NCBI GenBank assembly: GCA_045046875.1
Contig: JASFYY010000077.1
Span: 1 to 35,502, forward strand
DNA: 35,502 nt
From: Verrucomicrobiota bacterium
Lineage (GTDB): Bacteria > Verrucomicrobiota > Verrucomicrobiia > Verrucomicrobiales > DEV007
Reading direction: 5' to 3'
In this document: positions 10,427-20,255 of the stretch, in pieces
Numbering within the stretch: position 1 is the stretch's first letter
How the letters are laid out: each line of letters starts with the position of its first letter
The notes under the pieces: model-generated
Told to the model about the DNA's origin: nothing
What the model saw: the letters and a program-made list of their open reading frames with translations, nothing else
Database searches by the model: none
Program-made: the position numbers and the translations under genes

Positions 10427-12370
10427 TTATTTTTTGTCTTCGTCGACGACTTCAAAATCGGCGTCGACCACTTTTCCTTTTGCCTGTTTGGGTTCGCTGT
10501 CTTCTGCGCCTTCGGCCTCAGGAGCCGGGCCAGCACCTGCTGCGCCTGCTGTTGGATCAGCGCCTGCTGCCTGGGCGGCAGCGGCGATTTCGCCAAAGAG
10601 TTTTTCCAGTTCCTCAGTAGCCGATTTGATTTGATCGCTGTCTTCGGTTTTGAGAGCCTCTTCGACTTTGGTCACTGCGTCGTCGATCGGTTTGGTCTGG
10701 TCGCCGCTGAGTTTGTCACCCAGTTCTTCTTTCTGCTTTTTGACCTGGTAAACCAAGTTGTCGGCTTTGTTTTTCACCTCGACGGATTCAAAACGTTTAC
10801 GATCCTGCTCGGCATATTCTTCAGCTTCGCGTTTGGCTTTTTCGATTTCCTTGTCATCCAGTCCGCTCGAACCTTCGATGGAGATTTTCTGCTCTTTGCC
10901 GCTACCCTTATCTGTTGCAGAAACGTGGAGGATGCCGTTGGCATCGATGTCGAAAGTCACTTCGATCTGCGGAGTGCCACGCGGCGCTGGAGGAATCCCG
11001 TCGAGGCGGAAGTTGCCGAGCACTTTGTTGTCACTGAGCATTTTGCGTTCTCCCTGACAGACAACGATATCAACCGATGGCTGGCTATCTGCGGCAGTGG
11101 AGAAGGTCTGTGATTTTTTCGCAGGAACCGTGGTATTACGATCGATCATCGGGGTGGCAACGCCGCCCATGGTTTCGATCGACAGGGTGAGTGGAGTCAC
11201 GTCCAACAAGAGTACGTCCTTGACGTCACCTTGCAGCACACCGCCTTGAATAGCGGCGCCGAGTGCGACCACTTCGTCCGGGTTGACCCCGCGATGAGGT
11301 TCTTTGCCAATCAGGTCACGAGCGGTGTCGATCACTTTCGGGATACGGGTCATGCCGCCGACCAGAACCAACTCGTCGATGTCTCCTTTGGGCACATCAG
11401 CTTCTTTCAAGCAGGCTTCTACCGGTCCAATGGTTTTTGCAAATAGGGAGTCGGTCAGTTGCTCAAATTTCGAGCGACTGAGTTCCAACTGGATATGTTT
11501 GGGGCCAGTTTGGTCTGCGGTGATGAAGGGCAGGTTGATGTCGTAACTCTGTGAAGAAGAAAGCGCGATTTTTGCTTTTTCTGCTTCTTCGCGAATGCGT
11601 TGCAAAGCATCAGGCTGACCACTGAGGTCAACGCTGTTGGCTTTTTGGAAATCGTCGATGATCCAGTCGATGATGGCATTGTCCCAGTCATCGCCACCCA
11701 GTTGAGTGTCACCATCGGTGCCGAGCACTTCAAAAACACCGTCACCGATTTCCAATACGGAAATATCAAAGGTGCCGCCGCCGAGATCATAAACGGCGAT
11801 TTTTTCGTCGGATTTTTTATCCAGGCCGTAAGCCAGAGAAGCTGCGGTGGGCTCGTTGATGATACGTTTGACCTCCAGTCCGGCAATCTCGCCTGCGGCC
11901 TTGGTGGCGTTGCGTTGAGAGTCGTTGAAGTAGGCCGGCACGGTGATCACCGCTTGAGTGATTTTTTCACCGAGTTTGGCTTCAGCGTCTGTTTTGAGTT
12001 TGCCCAAAATCATCGCTGAGATTTCCTGTGGGCTGAAAGTTTTGGTTTCGCCGCCCGTCTCGACTTCGATGTGGGCATCGCCATTCGAAGCTTCGATGAT
12101 TTTGTAGGGTGATCTTTTTTCGTTGTCACTCAGTTCGGAAAACTTGCGTCCGATCAGTCGTTTGGCTGAAAAAATAGTGTTTTTGGGATTGGTGATCGCC
12201 TGGCGTTTAGCGGCCTGGCCTACCAGACGTTCGCCGTCTTTGCTAAAAGCGACAACGGACGGTGTGGTGCGTGCGCCTTCGGAGTTTTCCAATACAGTGG
12301 ATTCACCTGCTTCCATCACTGCCATGCAGGAGTTGGTGGTGCCTAAATCGATTCCTAGGATTTTGCTCAT
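10427..12370 (-). CDS. dnaK: Chaperone DnaK (Hsp70)
   Basis: [48 protein letters not shown]. Confidence 0.99.
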   Translation of the reverse strand: MSKILGIDLGTTNSCMAVMEAGESTVLENSEGARTTPSVVAFSKDGERLVGQAAKRQAITNPKNTIFSAKRLIGRKFSELSDNEKRSPYKIIEASNGDAHIEVETGGETKTFSPQEISAMILGKLKTDAEAKLGEKITQAVITVPAYFNDSQRNATKAAGEIAGLEVKRIINEPTAASLAYGLDKKSDEKIAVYDLGGGTFDISVLEIGDGVFEVLGTDGDTQLGGDDWDNAIIDWIIDDFQKANSVDLSGQPDALQRIREEAEKAKIALSSSQSYDINLPFITADQTGPKHIQLELSRSKFEQLTDSLFAKTIGPVEACLKEADVPKGDIDELVLVGGMTRIPKVIDTARDLIGKEPHRGVNPDEVVALGAAIQGGVLQGDVKDVLLLDVTPLTLSIETMGGVATPMIDRNTTVPAKKSQTFSTAADSQPSVDIVVCQGERKMLSDNKVLGNFRLDGIPPAPRGTPQIEVTFDIDANGILHVSATDKGSGKEQKISIEGSSGLDDKEIEKAKREAEEYAEQDRKRFESVEVKNKADNLVYQVKKQKEELGDKLSGDQTKPIDDAVTKVEEALKTEDSDQIKSATEELEKLFGEIAAAAQAAGADPTAGAAGAGPAPEAEGAEDSEPKQAKGKVVDADFEVVDEDKK

Positions 12371-12521
12371 AATAAAAATTTGGGTTGAAGTTAAATAGTC
12401 CGGGCGATTGTTATTGGACGCCTTGCTATGTGTTGGGGTTATTTATTGGGACTGACGGATCGAAGTTTGTTTCTGATTGTTATTATGAATCGACCGATCG
12501 TCATTCGTTGCTTTATTATAT

Positions 12522-12538
12522 CGCACAAGCCGTGCCAA
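12522..12538 (-). promoter_or_regulatory. Sigma54 (-24/-12) promoter of dnaK-groES-groEL
   Basis: Minus strand TTGGCACGGCTTGTGCG: TGGCACG with exact GG-N10-GC spacing, about 150 nt upstream of the dnaK ATG. Confidence 0.75.
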
Positions 12539-12626
12539 GTGGTGGTTGTTGTTTGTAAGTCGCTTACCTTTAAGGGGGTAGCTAAATGGAGGTGAAAGTG
12601 AGCGTAGGCGAATAGATATAATTTGG

Positions 12627-12669
12627 GACATTTTGTCTCAAAATGACCGATCAAGTGTGACAATTTGTC
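12627..12669. promoter_or_regulatory. Paired GACA-N3-TGTC palindromes, putative upstream activator sites
   Basis: GACATTTTGTC (12627-37) and GACAATTTGTC (12659-69), 32 bp apart, about 90-130 bp upstream of the -24 box. Confidence 0.6.
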
Positions 12670-12724
12670 CAAATGCGACAGATAAGGTAAAGGGGCTGGC
12701 CAGGCTAAATTGATATGGGGGCAC

Positions 12725-12754
12725 AAAAAAAGGGCACTCTCACGAGTGCCCTTT
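12725..12754 (-). terminator. Intrinsic terminator after the outer-membrane protein gene
   Basis: Stem AAAGGGCACTC/GAGTGCCCTTT, GTGA loop on the minus strand, T7 run. Confidence 0.88.
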
Positions 12755-12799
12755 AGAAAATAAGCAGAAGAGTAAATCCTCTGCGTTTAACCGTTCAGT

Positions 12800-13327
12800 T
12801 TAGAAAGGAAGTCTCATTCCCACACGAACGATCGTTGTGTCAGAGTATTCGCTTCCATTGATCCAGTTGTAAGTTCCGTCAGCAAAGATGCCGATGTTAC
12901 CCAGCATTGCAGGGCGGAAATCAATACCGCCACCTAATCTCCAAACCGCTTCAGTAGAACTATTGGTTCTGACTCCAGCACCACCGATGAGGTAAGGTGC
13001 GATACAAGCAGATTTGATTGGGAAACGCAGAACCATGTCAGCAGTGATAAAATGAGAAGTGCTCTCAGTATCAAATGCAGCGTAGTTTACATCAAGTCCG
13101 ATGTTTTCAGTGAAGAAATAAGCAAAGCCGATGCCGCCACCTAAAACGTCTTCTCCGCTGCCATTGGGCAGAGAGCCAGCAACGTAGGCGCTCATTTCGA
13201 AACCAGGGTCAAATGCAGTGCATTCTGGAACAATAGGAGCTACAGGTGCTTTTGCGCTATAATCTCCTGCAGTCGCAAGACTGAAAGAGGCCGTCAAGAT
13301 TGCCAATGTGGACAACAGTTTTTTCAT
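12800..13327 (-). CDS. Small outer-membrane beta-barrel protein
   Basis: Signal peptide, amphipathic strands (GGGIGFAYFF, APYLIGGAG, LGGGIDFR), terminal Phe. Confidence 0.85.
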   Translation of the reverse strand: MKKLLSTLAILTASFSLATAGDYSAKAPVAPIVPECTAFDPGFEMSAYVAGSLPNGSGEDVLGGGIGFAYFFTENIGLDVNYAAFDTESTSHFITADMVLRFPIKSACIAPYLIGGAGVRTNSSTEAVWRLGGGIDFRPAMLGNIGIFADGTYNWINGSEYSDTTIVRVGMRLPF

Positions 13328-13555
13328 AATGGTTTTTATCCCGAGTTAATAAGGATTTGAATGATTCTATCAAGCTTTGTGAGGATAGCAACCCTAAAAA
13401 GTAAAAAAAGTAAATTACCGGGTTTCTTCTAATTGAGCCGGCAAGACATTTTCCAATTCTTGCGCGACGGGTGTTATTAAAACTTGCAGGCAGAGACTTT
13501 GCCGTTAAATAATAGCAGATTTCCGTAACGACGGGTTACAGAAGTTTTGATCAAC

Positions 13556-13645
13556 GGATAGGTGCCAGAGTGGTCGATCGGGCACGCTTGGAAAGCGTGT
13601 GAGGCAGCAATGTCTCCGTGGGTTCGAATCCCACCCTGTCCGCCA
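13556..13645 (+). tRNA. tRNA-Ser (anticodon GGA)
   Basis: Acceptor stem GGATAGG/CCTGTCC, anticodon arm CACGC-TTGGAAA-GCGTG, long variable arm, T-arm GTGGG-TTCGAAT-CCCAC, discriminator G, encoded CCA. Confidence 0.97.
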
Positions 13646-13691
13646 TCAAAAACTCAAACAGATCAAGCGAAGCGCTGTTTGAGTTTTTGAT
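13645..13691 (+). terminator. 17-bp perfect hairpin right after tRNA-Ser, probably a bidirectional terminator
   Basis: ATCAAAAACTCAAACAG-N13-CTGTTTGAGTTTTTGAT between convergent genes. Confidence 0.65.
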
Positions 13692-13750
13692 ATCAGGACT
13701 TGGATTTGAACGCCGTTCGACTCGTAGCGGGTCTTTGTGGAATCACCGGA

Positions 13751-15334
13751 TCACCAGGATTTCCATTGCGGGCACTCTTTTTTGATTATAGCGTCATATT
13801 TAGAGGCTAATTTGATCGCTTTAGTGAAATTCACCTTCGCTGGTTTTTTGTTGCCTAGTTTGTATTCTGTAAAACCCAAAATATACCAAGAGTAAGCTTG
13901 GCTTGGATCGATCTGCACGGCTTTTTCTGCGTAGCTCTTCGCCGACTTGTGATCCGATAGCCTTGAGGCAATCATCCCTAAACCCGCATAAGTAAAGCCT
14001 CTCTCCCAATGCTCTGATAAAGGTAATAACTCGGCGGCCTTGAGATAGGCTTCCTTGCCCGCAGGGTAATTCATCATCTGGTTAGCATTGCGCCCAAGGT
14101 AAAAATAAGCATGCCCGGCAATACTCTCTGTCGCCACTGCCTTATTCAGTAGGTCTCTTGCCCTCGCGTAATCTTTGGTGAAGAAAGACGCCTTGCCGTA
14201 AAGAAGATAGTAATCCGATTTTTCGTGGAAATCCTTTTCATGCTCTTTGAGAAAAGCTGCCGCTTCCTTATGACATTTGTAACGCATTAAGGTTTGAGCG
14301 ATTTTTTTGCTAGCAAGACTACCTTGCGGCCAACTTTGCTGATATTTTCTCATGATTTTCTCATGAACTTTTTTTGTAGCAGAGTTCGCCAGCAAAAACT
14401 TTGAATTACCCCATTCCGAAGCCAGGCTCAAACGGTCAAGAAGGCAATCAAACTTCCCACCGCTGTTGGGCCACTTTTTCAAGTCCTCTGCGATAAAATC
14501 AATCACTTGCTGCCGACTGCCATGCCAGCGAGGCGTCAAATAATAGCTAATCCTTGCGGGCAACTCACCGTCTTCAGGAGTTCGCTCAACCCCCATCTTG
14601 ATAATCTCAGGTAGGATCCCCTCTAACTGTCCTCTGCCCAATCCTATAGACATCAACAAATTGAGTGCGGCAGAATTATATTCATCTTCTTTCACTGCAA
14701 GCTCGTAATGCTCGGTAGCTTTGTCTAAATGCAGATCAAAGCCCTGCCATCCTGTTTCTGTAACGCTGTTTGAGTAGCCGCTGCCTCGTGATTCCCAGGC
14801 CAGGTCTTTCTCCTTCAGGCCTGCCGAAATATGAGCATGGCTGCTTCCGGTAGCGGCCACCCACTCACTCAAGTCTTTAGTTATAACGAGATTCCGTATC
14901 ATTTCGCGGTACATGAAAAAGCCTTCTTTTGTCATTAGCTTATCGGTGTAACAGAGAGATAAAAAATCATCCAGCTCACCATACTTTCCCGCATCTAATA
15001 AAGCTTTGGTTTTATCGGTGTGCTGAGTAAGGCTTTGCTCGCTCACCTTGCCTATCGGCATTGCGTTTACGGGTTCATCTAGCACTGAATGCATCGCATT
15101 CAATAATTCCAAAAACTCAGGGGGCATCTGATTTGACTTCTGCGTGTTCGCCTCATGCCGCACAGTTCCTTGATTAACTTTGGTGTAAACCTGATATAAA
15201 AATAAACCGCAAACTACTAACAGGAGTATAAACAATACAGCTACCAAGATGGATATGAGCAAACATTTACCCCCGCCCTGAGAAGATTGCGCAGAAGAGG
15301 TTTTATCTTGAAGCGGAGGAGGTTGGGTCGTCAT
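13751..15334 (-). CDS. Membrane-anchored DUF4034-like + TPR protein
   Basis: N-terminal TM; AWESRGSGYSNSVT and LTPRWHGS match DUF4034-type AW..RG.G.A..V and PRWGGS; C-terminal TPR-like helices. Confidence 0.75.
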   Translation of the reverse strand: MTTQPPPLQDKTSSAQSSQGGGKCLLISILVAVLFILLLVVCGLFLYQVYTKVNQGTVRHEANTQKSNQMPPEFLELLNAMHSVLDEPVNAMPIGKVSEQSLTQHTDKTKALLDAGKYGELDDFLSLCYTDKLMTKEGFFMYREMIRNLVITKDLSEWVAATGSSHAHISAGLKEKDLAWESRGSGYSNSVTETGWQGFDLHLDKATEHYELAVKEDEYNSAALNLLMSIGLGRGQLEGILPEIIKMGVERTPEDGELPARISYYLTPRWHGSRQQVIDFIAEDLKKWPNSGGKFDCLLDRLSLASEWGNSKFLLANSATKKVHEKIMRKYQQSWPQGSLASKKIAQTLMRYKCHKEAAAFLKEHEKDFHEKSDYYLLYGKASFFTKDYARARDLLNKAVATESIAGHAYFYLGRNANQMMNYPAGKEAYLKAAELLPLSEHWERGFTYAGLGMIASRLSDHKSAKSYAEKAVQIDPSQAYSWYILGFTEYKLGNKKPAKVNFTKAIKLASKYDAIIKKECPQWKSW

Positions 15335-15553
15335 ACGATTGTATTGATGATTTCAAAAAAAAGTTAAGAGGATTTGCAGCCAAATAATTACCTTGTTTAG
15401 TCATTTTTAGCTAGAGGATATTTAAAAAACGAGACATCCCTTGGTGTCTATTTTTTATATCGCCATGGTGGTGTCTTAGCTTGGCGTGAAAACCAATAAT
15501 TCAATAAGCATGCCTGGTGAGACTGCGGGCGATGTGAACCTGTCTCACCCGCT

Positions 15554-15575
15554 GTGACTCAGGCATCCTGCCTGA
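15554..15575 (+). repeat. Isolated REP-like hairpin
   Basis: GTGAC-TCAGGCA-TCC-TGCCTGA; short GC stem with a TCC loop like the REPs at 22.9-23.9 kb. Confidence 0.4.
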
Positions 15576-15633
15576 ATATCCATGGAATGAAACGACGTGA
15601 AGCGGAGGCCGCCGTAGCCAAGTCCGCGATACT

Positions 15634-16089
15634 TCAACCTCGGTTAAAATGGGACATTTCCCGGTCAGCTTCGCGGGTTTGCACTCGTTTTTTCAGATCT
15701 TCCCGGCGATCTTTGTGAGCCTTGCCTTTGCCGACACCGATTTCGACTTTAACGCGTTTGTTGTTCCAATAGACACGTAGGGCTATTAGCACGGCACCTT
15801 TGATTTCGGTGTGGGCGTATAGTTTGTTGATCTCTTTGCGGTGCAGCAGCAATTTGCGCGGAGCTTTGGCTTCGTGCTGGGTGTGGCTGGCGGCTTCGTA
15901 GGGCTGGATGTCGCAGCCGTATAGGAACACTTGATTGTTCTCTACCCGCGCGTAGGCATCGCGGATGTTGATTTTTCCAGCGCGGATCGATTTGACCTCG
16001 GTGCCCTTGAGCGCGATGCCTGCCTCAAAGGTCTCACTGATGGTGAAATCGTGACGAGCCTTGCGGTTGGTAGCGATTTCAGTTTTCAT
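15634..16089 (-). CDS. smpB: SsrA-binding protein SmpB (start 16089 or 16095)
   Basis: IATNRKARHDF, EAGIALKGTEVKSIRAGK, RKLLLHRKEI, GKGK..DRRE. Confidence 0.98.
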   Translation of the reverse strand: MKTEIATNRKARHDFTISETFEAGIALKGTEVKSIRAGKINIRDAYARVENNQVFLYGCDIQPYEAASHTQHEAKAPRKLLLHRKEINKLYAHTEIKGAVLIALRVYWNNKRVKVEIGVGKGKAHKDRREDLKKRVQTREADREMSHFNRG

Positions 16090-16099
16090 GACCATGCCC

Positions 16100-16128
16100 A
16101 GTCTAGTGATGTCCTTGCGGTGTTGCAA
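16100..16128 (-). promoter_or_regulatory. Putative sigma70 promoter directly before smpB
   Basis: Minus strand TTGCAA-N17-TAGACT, then ATG 4 nt and 10 nt further on. Confidence 0.5.
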
Positions 16129-16188
16129 GGGGAATGCATTCTCCGGGGTTTCCCGAATTGGAGCTTGGGCTTGACGCGGGATGCGCGG

Positions 16189-16431
16189 TTAAGCTTCAGC
16201 GGCACTGCCGAGACGCTCTTTGGCTTCTTCAGCCTCCGGGGTGCCGTCGAGCACGACTTTACCTTCGATGATTTCACGCAGAGCCACATCGGCGTAGCCT
16301 TGGCTGGGAAGGCGATCTACCAAGGGGGTGCGTCCCATGTTGAGTTGTTTGACACGGCGGGATACCATGTTGATCAAGATGGTTGGATCTGGAATGACTT
16401 CAGACGCTTGTTCGAGTAGTTCGCTTTTCAT
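16189..16431 (-). CDS. rpoZ: RNA polymerase omega subunit
   Basis: LINMVSRRVKQL...PLV...DVALREIIEGKV omega pattern; 80 aa. Confidence 0.9.
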   Translation of the reverse strand: MKSELLEQASEVIPDPTILINMVSRRVKQLNMGRTPLVDRLPSQGYADVALREIIEGKVVLDGTPEAEEAKERLGSAAEA

Positions 16432-16708
16432 GATTTGACTGTCCTGATTCCTGGCTTCTGTCTACTTGTCAGATACATTCGGGTTTTGCTTCGAATGAGA
16501 CAATATTAGAAGTGGCTATCGGAATAATTGGGACGCGATGAATGATTAGATTGCTGTTGCGAAAGTGCCCACCACCTGATGGGTATCAATCGGGGATACA
16601 GCGCATAGCATGGTTTGAGGGGGAATCAACGAATTTGTCACCGCGAGGGTATGTTTTTCGCTTGAGGGCGTTCCTGGAAGAGGCCTTGATTTCACACTTA
16701 CTGGGGAT

Positions 16709-17170
16709 TCAGCCTTTGCCTTGGCGCAGGGAGAACGTGATGCGTTTCAGGCGGGCTGAATCGGACGGGCTCCAGGTTTGGACTTGGGGGTGTTGGGTGA
16801 AATGGTTGTGAATCAGTCGCCGGTGGTAGGAGTTGAGTGGCGGCATTTTGGCAGGTTCACCACTATGCACCACACGCTCGGCGAGGTGTTCGGCTTCTTC
16901 GAGCAGGTTTTGTTCTTGAATTTCGCGGTGGTGATCGACGTCGACCCGGATGCGGGGTGAATCCCGGTGTTGAGTTTGCACGATGCGGTTGACCAGGTAT
17001 TGAATGTCGTCGAGACGCTCGCCGTGGGTACCGATCAAGAGCTCGGGCTGACCGGTCAGCACTTGGATCGAACAGTCATCGCGGGTGGAATCGAGCTCTA
17101 CTTCGGCGACAAAACCGAGGTATCCGAGCATGGTATCGAGAACTTCGCGGGCAATTTCATTGGTTTCCAT
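16709..17170 (-). CDS. jag: Jag/EloR-like KH + R3H RNA-binding protein
   Basis: LIGTHGERLDDIQYLVN (KH), PPLNSYHRRLIH (R3H); downstream of yidC; start reassigned to the ATG at 17170. Confidence 0.9.
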   Translation of the reverse strand: METNEIAREVLDTMLGYLGFVAEVELDSTRDDCSIQVLTGQPELLIGTHGERLDDIQYLVNRIVQTQHRDSPRIRVDVDHHREIQEQNLLEEAEHLAERVVHSGEPAKMPPLNSYHRRLIHNHFTQHPQVQTWSPSDSARLKRITFSLRQGKG

Positions 17171-17216
17171 AGGCAGATCAAACTTTCTGCCATGATTGCG
17201 ATCTTGCCGCTTGAGA

Positions 17217-19166
17217 TCAATTCTTTTTTTTCTTCTTTTTGGAACGCCCCTGGGTGTGGCGTTCGCCGCGCTCGCCGAGAGCCTTTTGTTTTTGCTTCTG
17301 CGCTTCGGCTTGTTCCTGCATACGGGATAAAAATCCGCCACCGGCTTTCTTTTTAGTTTTCACTTTTTTCAGCTCGGGTTCGGGCAATTTGTTCATCAGC
17401 CAGGTTTGTCCGATGCTGAAAATATTCTGAGTGGTCCAGTAAAGAGCCAGAGCCGAGGCAAAGTTGTAACAGATGAAAAGGAAAAACACCGGCATGAACA
17501 TGAAGATGCGTTGCTGGGCTTTGTCTCCGGACTTGGGAGTGATTTGCATTTGAATGATCATGGTGACGGCCATCAGCAGCGGCAGCAAATTAAAGGGGAT
17601 GTTGTTCAAGAAGGGGATGTGGAAAAGCGTGTCGGGCATTGATAGATCCTCCACCCATAGAAAACTCTGGTGTCTGAGCTCCACTGCATTGAATAACATG
17701 CGGTAAAATCCGAGAAATACGGGCATCTGGATAAACATCGGCAGACAGCCGCCGGCGGGATTGATTTTGTAATCCCGGTAGAGTTGCATAGTCTCCTGGT
17801 TGAGACGGTTGGGATCGTCTTTGTATTTTTCTTTCAGCTCTTTTTGCAGCGGGCCGAGTTTGGCCATCTTTTTCATCGTGCGGGTCGATTTGGCGTAAAC
17901 CGGCCAGATGACGATACGGATCATGATGGTGATGAGGATGATGGCGTATCCGAATTGCCCGACGGCGCCCTGCATCCAGACGAGCGCTTTGATTAAAAAA
18001 GCGGCCAGAGGTTTGATTGCCCAGCCGAGCAGCCAGCCAAAAATGGGGATGCCGTCATAGTTCATCACCAATGTGCGGTCGTCGCCGAGAGCCTTGAGTA
18101 GGGCGTATTCCTTGGGCCCGGTGTAGATTTCGTATTTGAAAGTGGCTATTCCTCCAGGTGTCAGGGAGATCTCGGGCAGGCCGATAGCGGTTTGAATGCC
18201 CTGGGGTTTGGTTTTATCCGATTTGGAATCACTGAGATCGTTGGTGATCTCAAAAGTGCTGGCCCAGACAGGAACGTCAGCCGGCTCGAGGGCTTCGACG
18301 ATGGTGGTGTAAAACTGGTTGGAAACCCCGGCCCAGCTCAGCTCGCGGGTATGGACTTCTTCACTGGGTTTTTCGCGGCTGAACATGCCTCCGGTGAAAT
18401 GGCGAACGTATTCAAATTCGAAGCCGCCTTGATCTTTGAAAAAATAATAGGTGGGGGAGTAGGCGTTGGCCTTGCTGGCGTGCTCTTTGGTGGATTGGTC
18501 GGTGGCGAGCGGTACGGCGGCACCGGTGTAGAGAAAGTAGCGCGAGCTGAGGTTTTGTTTGCTGGGGTTGCTGATGTCGATTTGCAACTGCACGAGATGG
18601 GGGTCGTCATCACCGGCTTTGTTTTTTTGTCCCAGGCTGTAGCGTTTTTCCACCCGGAAACCTTTGGCGGTGGTGCCGGCAAAAACGATCGAGTTCTCGT
18701 TTTGTTCTACGATCTCATAAACGGTCGACTCGAAATCTCCCGGGCCCGAGCTTAGGGCTCCAATTGGGTGTTTGGCAAAAGCGTTGAGGGTGATGTAGTC
18801 ACCTTCTTTGCCCATGACCTTGGTCTGGTCGAGCAGCTCGACTTGTTTGATGCCACCGCCTACGGTGGTGAACTCAAAACGAACCTGGCCTAGTTTGAAC
18901 GGGATGATTTGCTCTTCAACTGTTTTGACAGCAGCAGTGTCCGATTTTGCGGTGGCTTCGTTTGTGGTTGAGTCCTTCGAGCCGGAGGGCTCCTTGGAAT
19001 CAGGAGATTTGGAGGTGGAGTCGGAACCTTTTTCCGTCGGCGAGCCTTCGGCGGCGGCGATTTCTTTATCCACCGGGGTAGGTGGCACGATTTTTCCAAA
19101 TTTCTGCCACCAGAGCATCATGCCCAGTGAACAAAGTATAACGGCGATCCAAGCGGTACGGTCCAT
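17217..19166 (-). CDS. yidC: Membrane protein insertase YidC
   Basis: YTGPKEY, AIILITIMIR, INPAGGCLPMFIQMPVF, FLWVEDLSMPD, LALYWTTQN. Confidence 0.98.
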   Translation of the reverse strand: MDRTAWIAVILCSLGMMLWWQKFGKIVPPTPVDKEIAAAEGSPTEKGSDSTSKSPDSKEPSGSKDSTTNEATAKSDTAAVKTVEEQIIPFKLGQVRFEFTTVGGGIKQVELLDQTKVMGKEGDYITLNAFAKHPIGALSSGPGDFESTVYEIVEQNENSIVFAGTTAKGFRVEKRYSLGQKNKAGDDDPHLVQLQIDISNPSKQNLSSRYFLYTGAAVPLATDQSTKEHASKANAYSPTYYFFKDQGGFEFEYVRHFTGGMFSREKPSEEVHTRELSWAGVSNQFYTTIVEALEPADVPVWASTFEITNDLSDSKSDKTKPQGIQTAIGLPEISLTPGGIATFKYEIYTGPKEYALLKALGDDRTLVMNYDGIPIFGWLLGWAIKPLAAFLIKALVWMQGAVGQFGYAIILITIMIRIVIWPVYAKSTRTMKKMAKLGPLQKELKEKYKDDPNRLNQETMQLYRDYKINPAGGCLPMFIQMPVFLGFYRMLFNAVELRHQSFLWVEDLSMPDTLFHIPFLNNIPFNLLPLLMAVTMIIQMQITPKSGDKAQQRIFMFMPVFFLFICYNFASALALYWTTQNIFSIGQTWLMNKLPEPELKKVKTKKKAGGGFLSRMQEQAEAQKQKQKALGERGERHTQGRSKKKKKKN

Positions 19167-19240
19167 GATGAATAAAGTAAAAGGTCAGTTTTAGAAAAAT
19201 AATAAGACGAGCTTCAGGCTGCGTCGGGAAAACAGCGCAA

Positions 19241-19588
19241 TCAATCGTTCCTCAAACGCTCCGGATCAACCGAACATCCACATTTTTTCTGAGAATTCGG
19301 ATTTTCACTGTTTTTGTCAGCTGGGGAGTGGGTTGTGGCTGGATCGACGGCGCCTTTTGTTCCTGGGACGGGGTCATATCCTTCGCCGCCCCAGGGATTG
19401 CAGCGCAGGATGCGCCAGATCCCGAGCCGGGATCCCTTGATCGCGCCATGTTGCTGAAGCGCTTGCATATAATAATGGGAGCAGGTCGGTTGGAATCGGC
19501 ACCCGCCGAGCGGTCCGGCCAGCGCGTGCAGCAGCGGTGACAGAAAAATCTGATAAAGTCGAATCAGCCAGCAAAGTAAGGTTTTCAT
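19241..19588 (-). CDS. yidD: Membrane protein insertion efficiency factor YidD
   Basis: [37 protein letters not shown] overlaps the rnpA stop (TAATG). Confidence 0.95.
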   Translation of the reverse strand: MKTLLCWLIRLYQIFLSPLLHALAGPLGGCRFQPTCSHYYMQALQQHGAIKGSRLGIWRILRCNPWGGEGYDPVPGTKGAVDPATTHSPADKNSENPNSQKKCGCSVDPERLRND

Positions 19589-19944
19589 TACTTTTGCTTC
19601 TTTTGGTACAAACCGCTGCGATGCGCTAGCCACTTCCATTCTTTTTCCAAGGCCTCCGACGAGGCATTGGCAGCGGCTCCACGGGGAATGACCACCAGGT
19701 AATGGCCTCCCTTGAGTCGATCTCCGAGGCGCTGGAAAATACCGCGTAAGCGGCGTCGGATACGATTCCGGGCGACGGCATTGCCCAGGCGACGGGTTGT
19801 GATGTAGCCGATTTTGAGATCGGGCAGGCTATCATCCTGCAATACGCCCAATAAAAGAAAGTGGCCGCGGTAGGTTTCTCCCTGGCGGCGGACGCGACCG
19901 AAGTCGCGTCGTGTGGTGATTCTCCTGTGTCGGGGAAATCTCAT
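19588..19944 (-). CDS. rnpA: Ribonuclease P protein component
   Basis: RNR motif [14 protein letters not shown]; located between rpmH and yidD. Confidence 0.96.
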   Translation of the reverse strand: MRFPRHRRITTRRDFGRVRRQGETYRGHFLLLGVLQDDSLPDLKIGYITTRRLGNAVARNRIRRRLRGIFQRLGDRLKGGHYLVVIPRGAAANASSEALEKEWKWLAHRSGLYQKKQK

Positions 19945-20075
19945 GCTCAGAACTTCGGCCTGAGAGCGAGGCCTGTCAATGTGCCCAGGGCTTTGCCCAA
20001 GAGCTGTGTGCTTGCCCCTTATCGAGATTCAGTTCGATAAACCGGGGATGTCGTCCACAAGCAATCCAGCAATCC

Positions 20076-20255
20076 TTAGGAATGCTGGTTGGTGTGGCGT
20101 TTATAGTCGATCTCTGCTCCTTTTGGAATCAGGCGCTTACGACCTTTTTGACGACGTCTACGAATAATGCCGCGGCCGCTATGGGTTTTCATCCGGGCAC
20201 GGAATCCGTGCTGACGTTTTCTGGAGCGCTTGGAAGGCTGGAAAGTCCTTTTCAT
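20076..20255 (-). CDS. rpmH: 50S ribosomal protein L34 (59 aa, below the ORF-track cutoff)
   Basis: Hand translation [59 protein letters not shown]. Confidence 0.97.
   Translation of the reverse strand: MKRTFQPSKRSRKRQHGFRARMKTHSGRGIIRRRRQKGRKRLIPKGAEIDYKRHTNQHS

Noticed and set aside
10003..12019. Long plus-strand ORFs (205, 279, 139 aa) opposite groES/dnaK
   Set aside because: Well-known antisense open frames of hsp70-type genes; no separate evidence.
12732..12751. GCACTC...GAGTGC as a CIRCE element upstream of dnaK
   Set aside because: Arms are 4 nt apart, not 9, lack TTA/TAA ends, and form a GNRA-loop terminator with a T tail.
15335..15633. tmRNA or attR copy of tRNA-Ser next to smpB
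   Set aside because: No tRNA-like ends or tag frame, and no duplicate of the tRNA 3' end.
16432..16708. Possible ncRNA or structured leader upstream of rpoZ
   Set aside because: No convincing stems or known motif could be identified by eye.
17171..17341. Basic N-terminal extension of Jag in the ORF track
   Set aside because: Overlaps the yidC 3' end in another frame; ATG 17170 is the plausible start.
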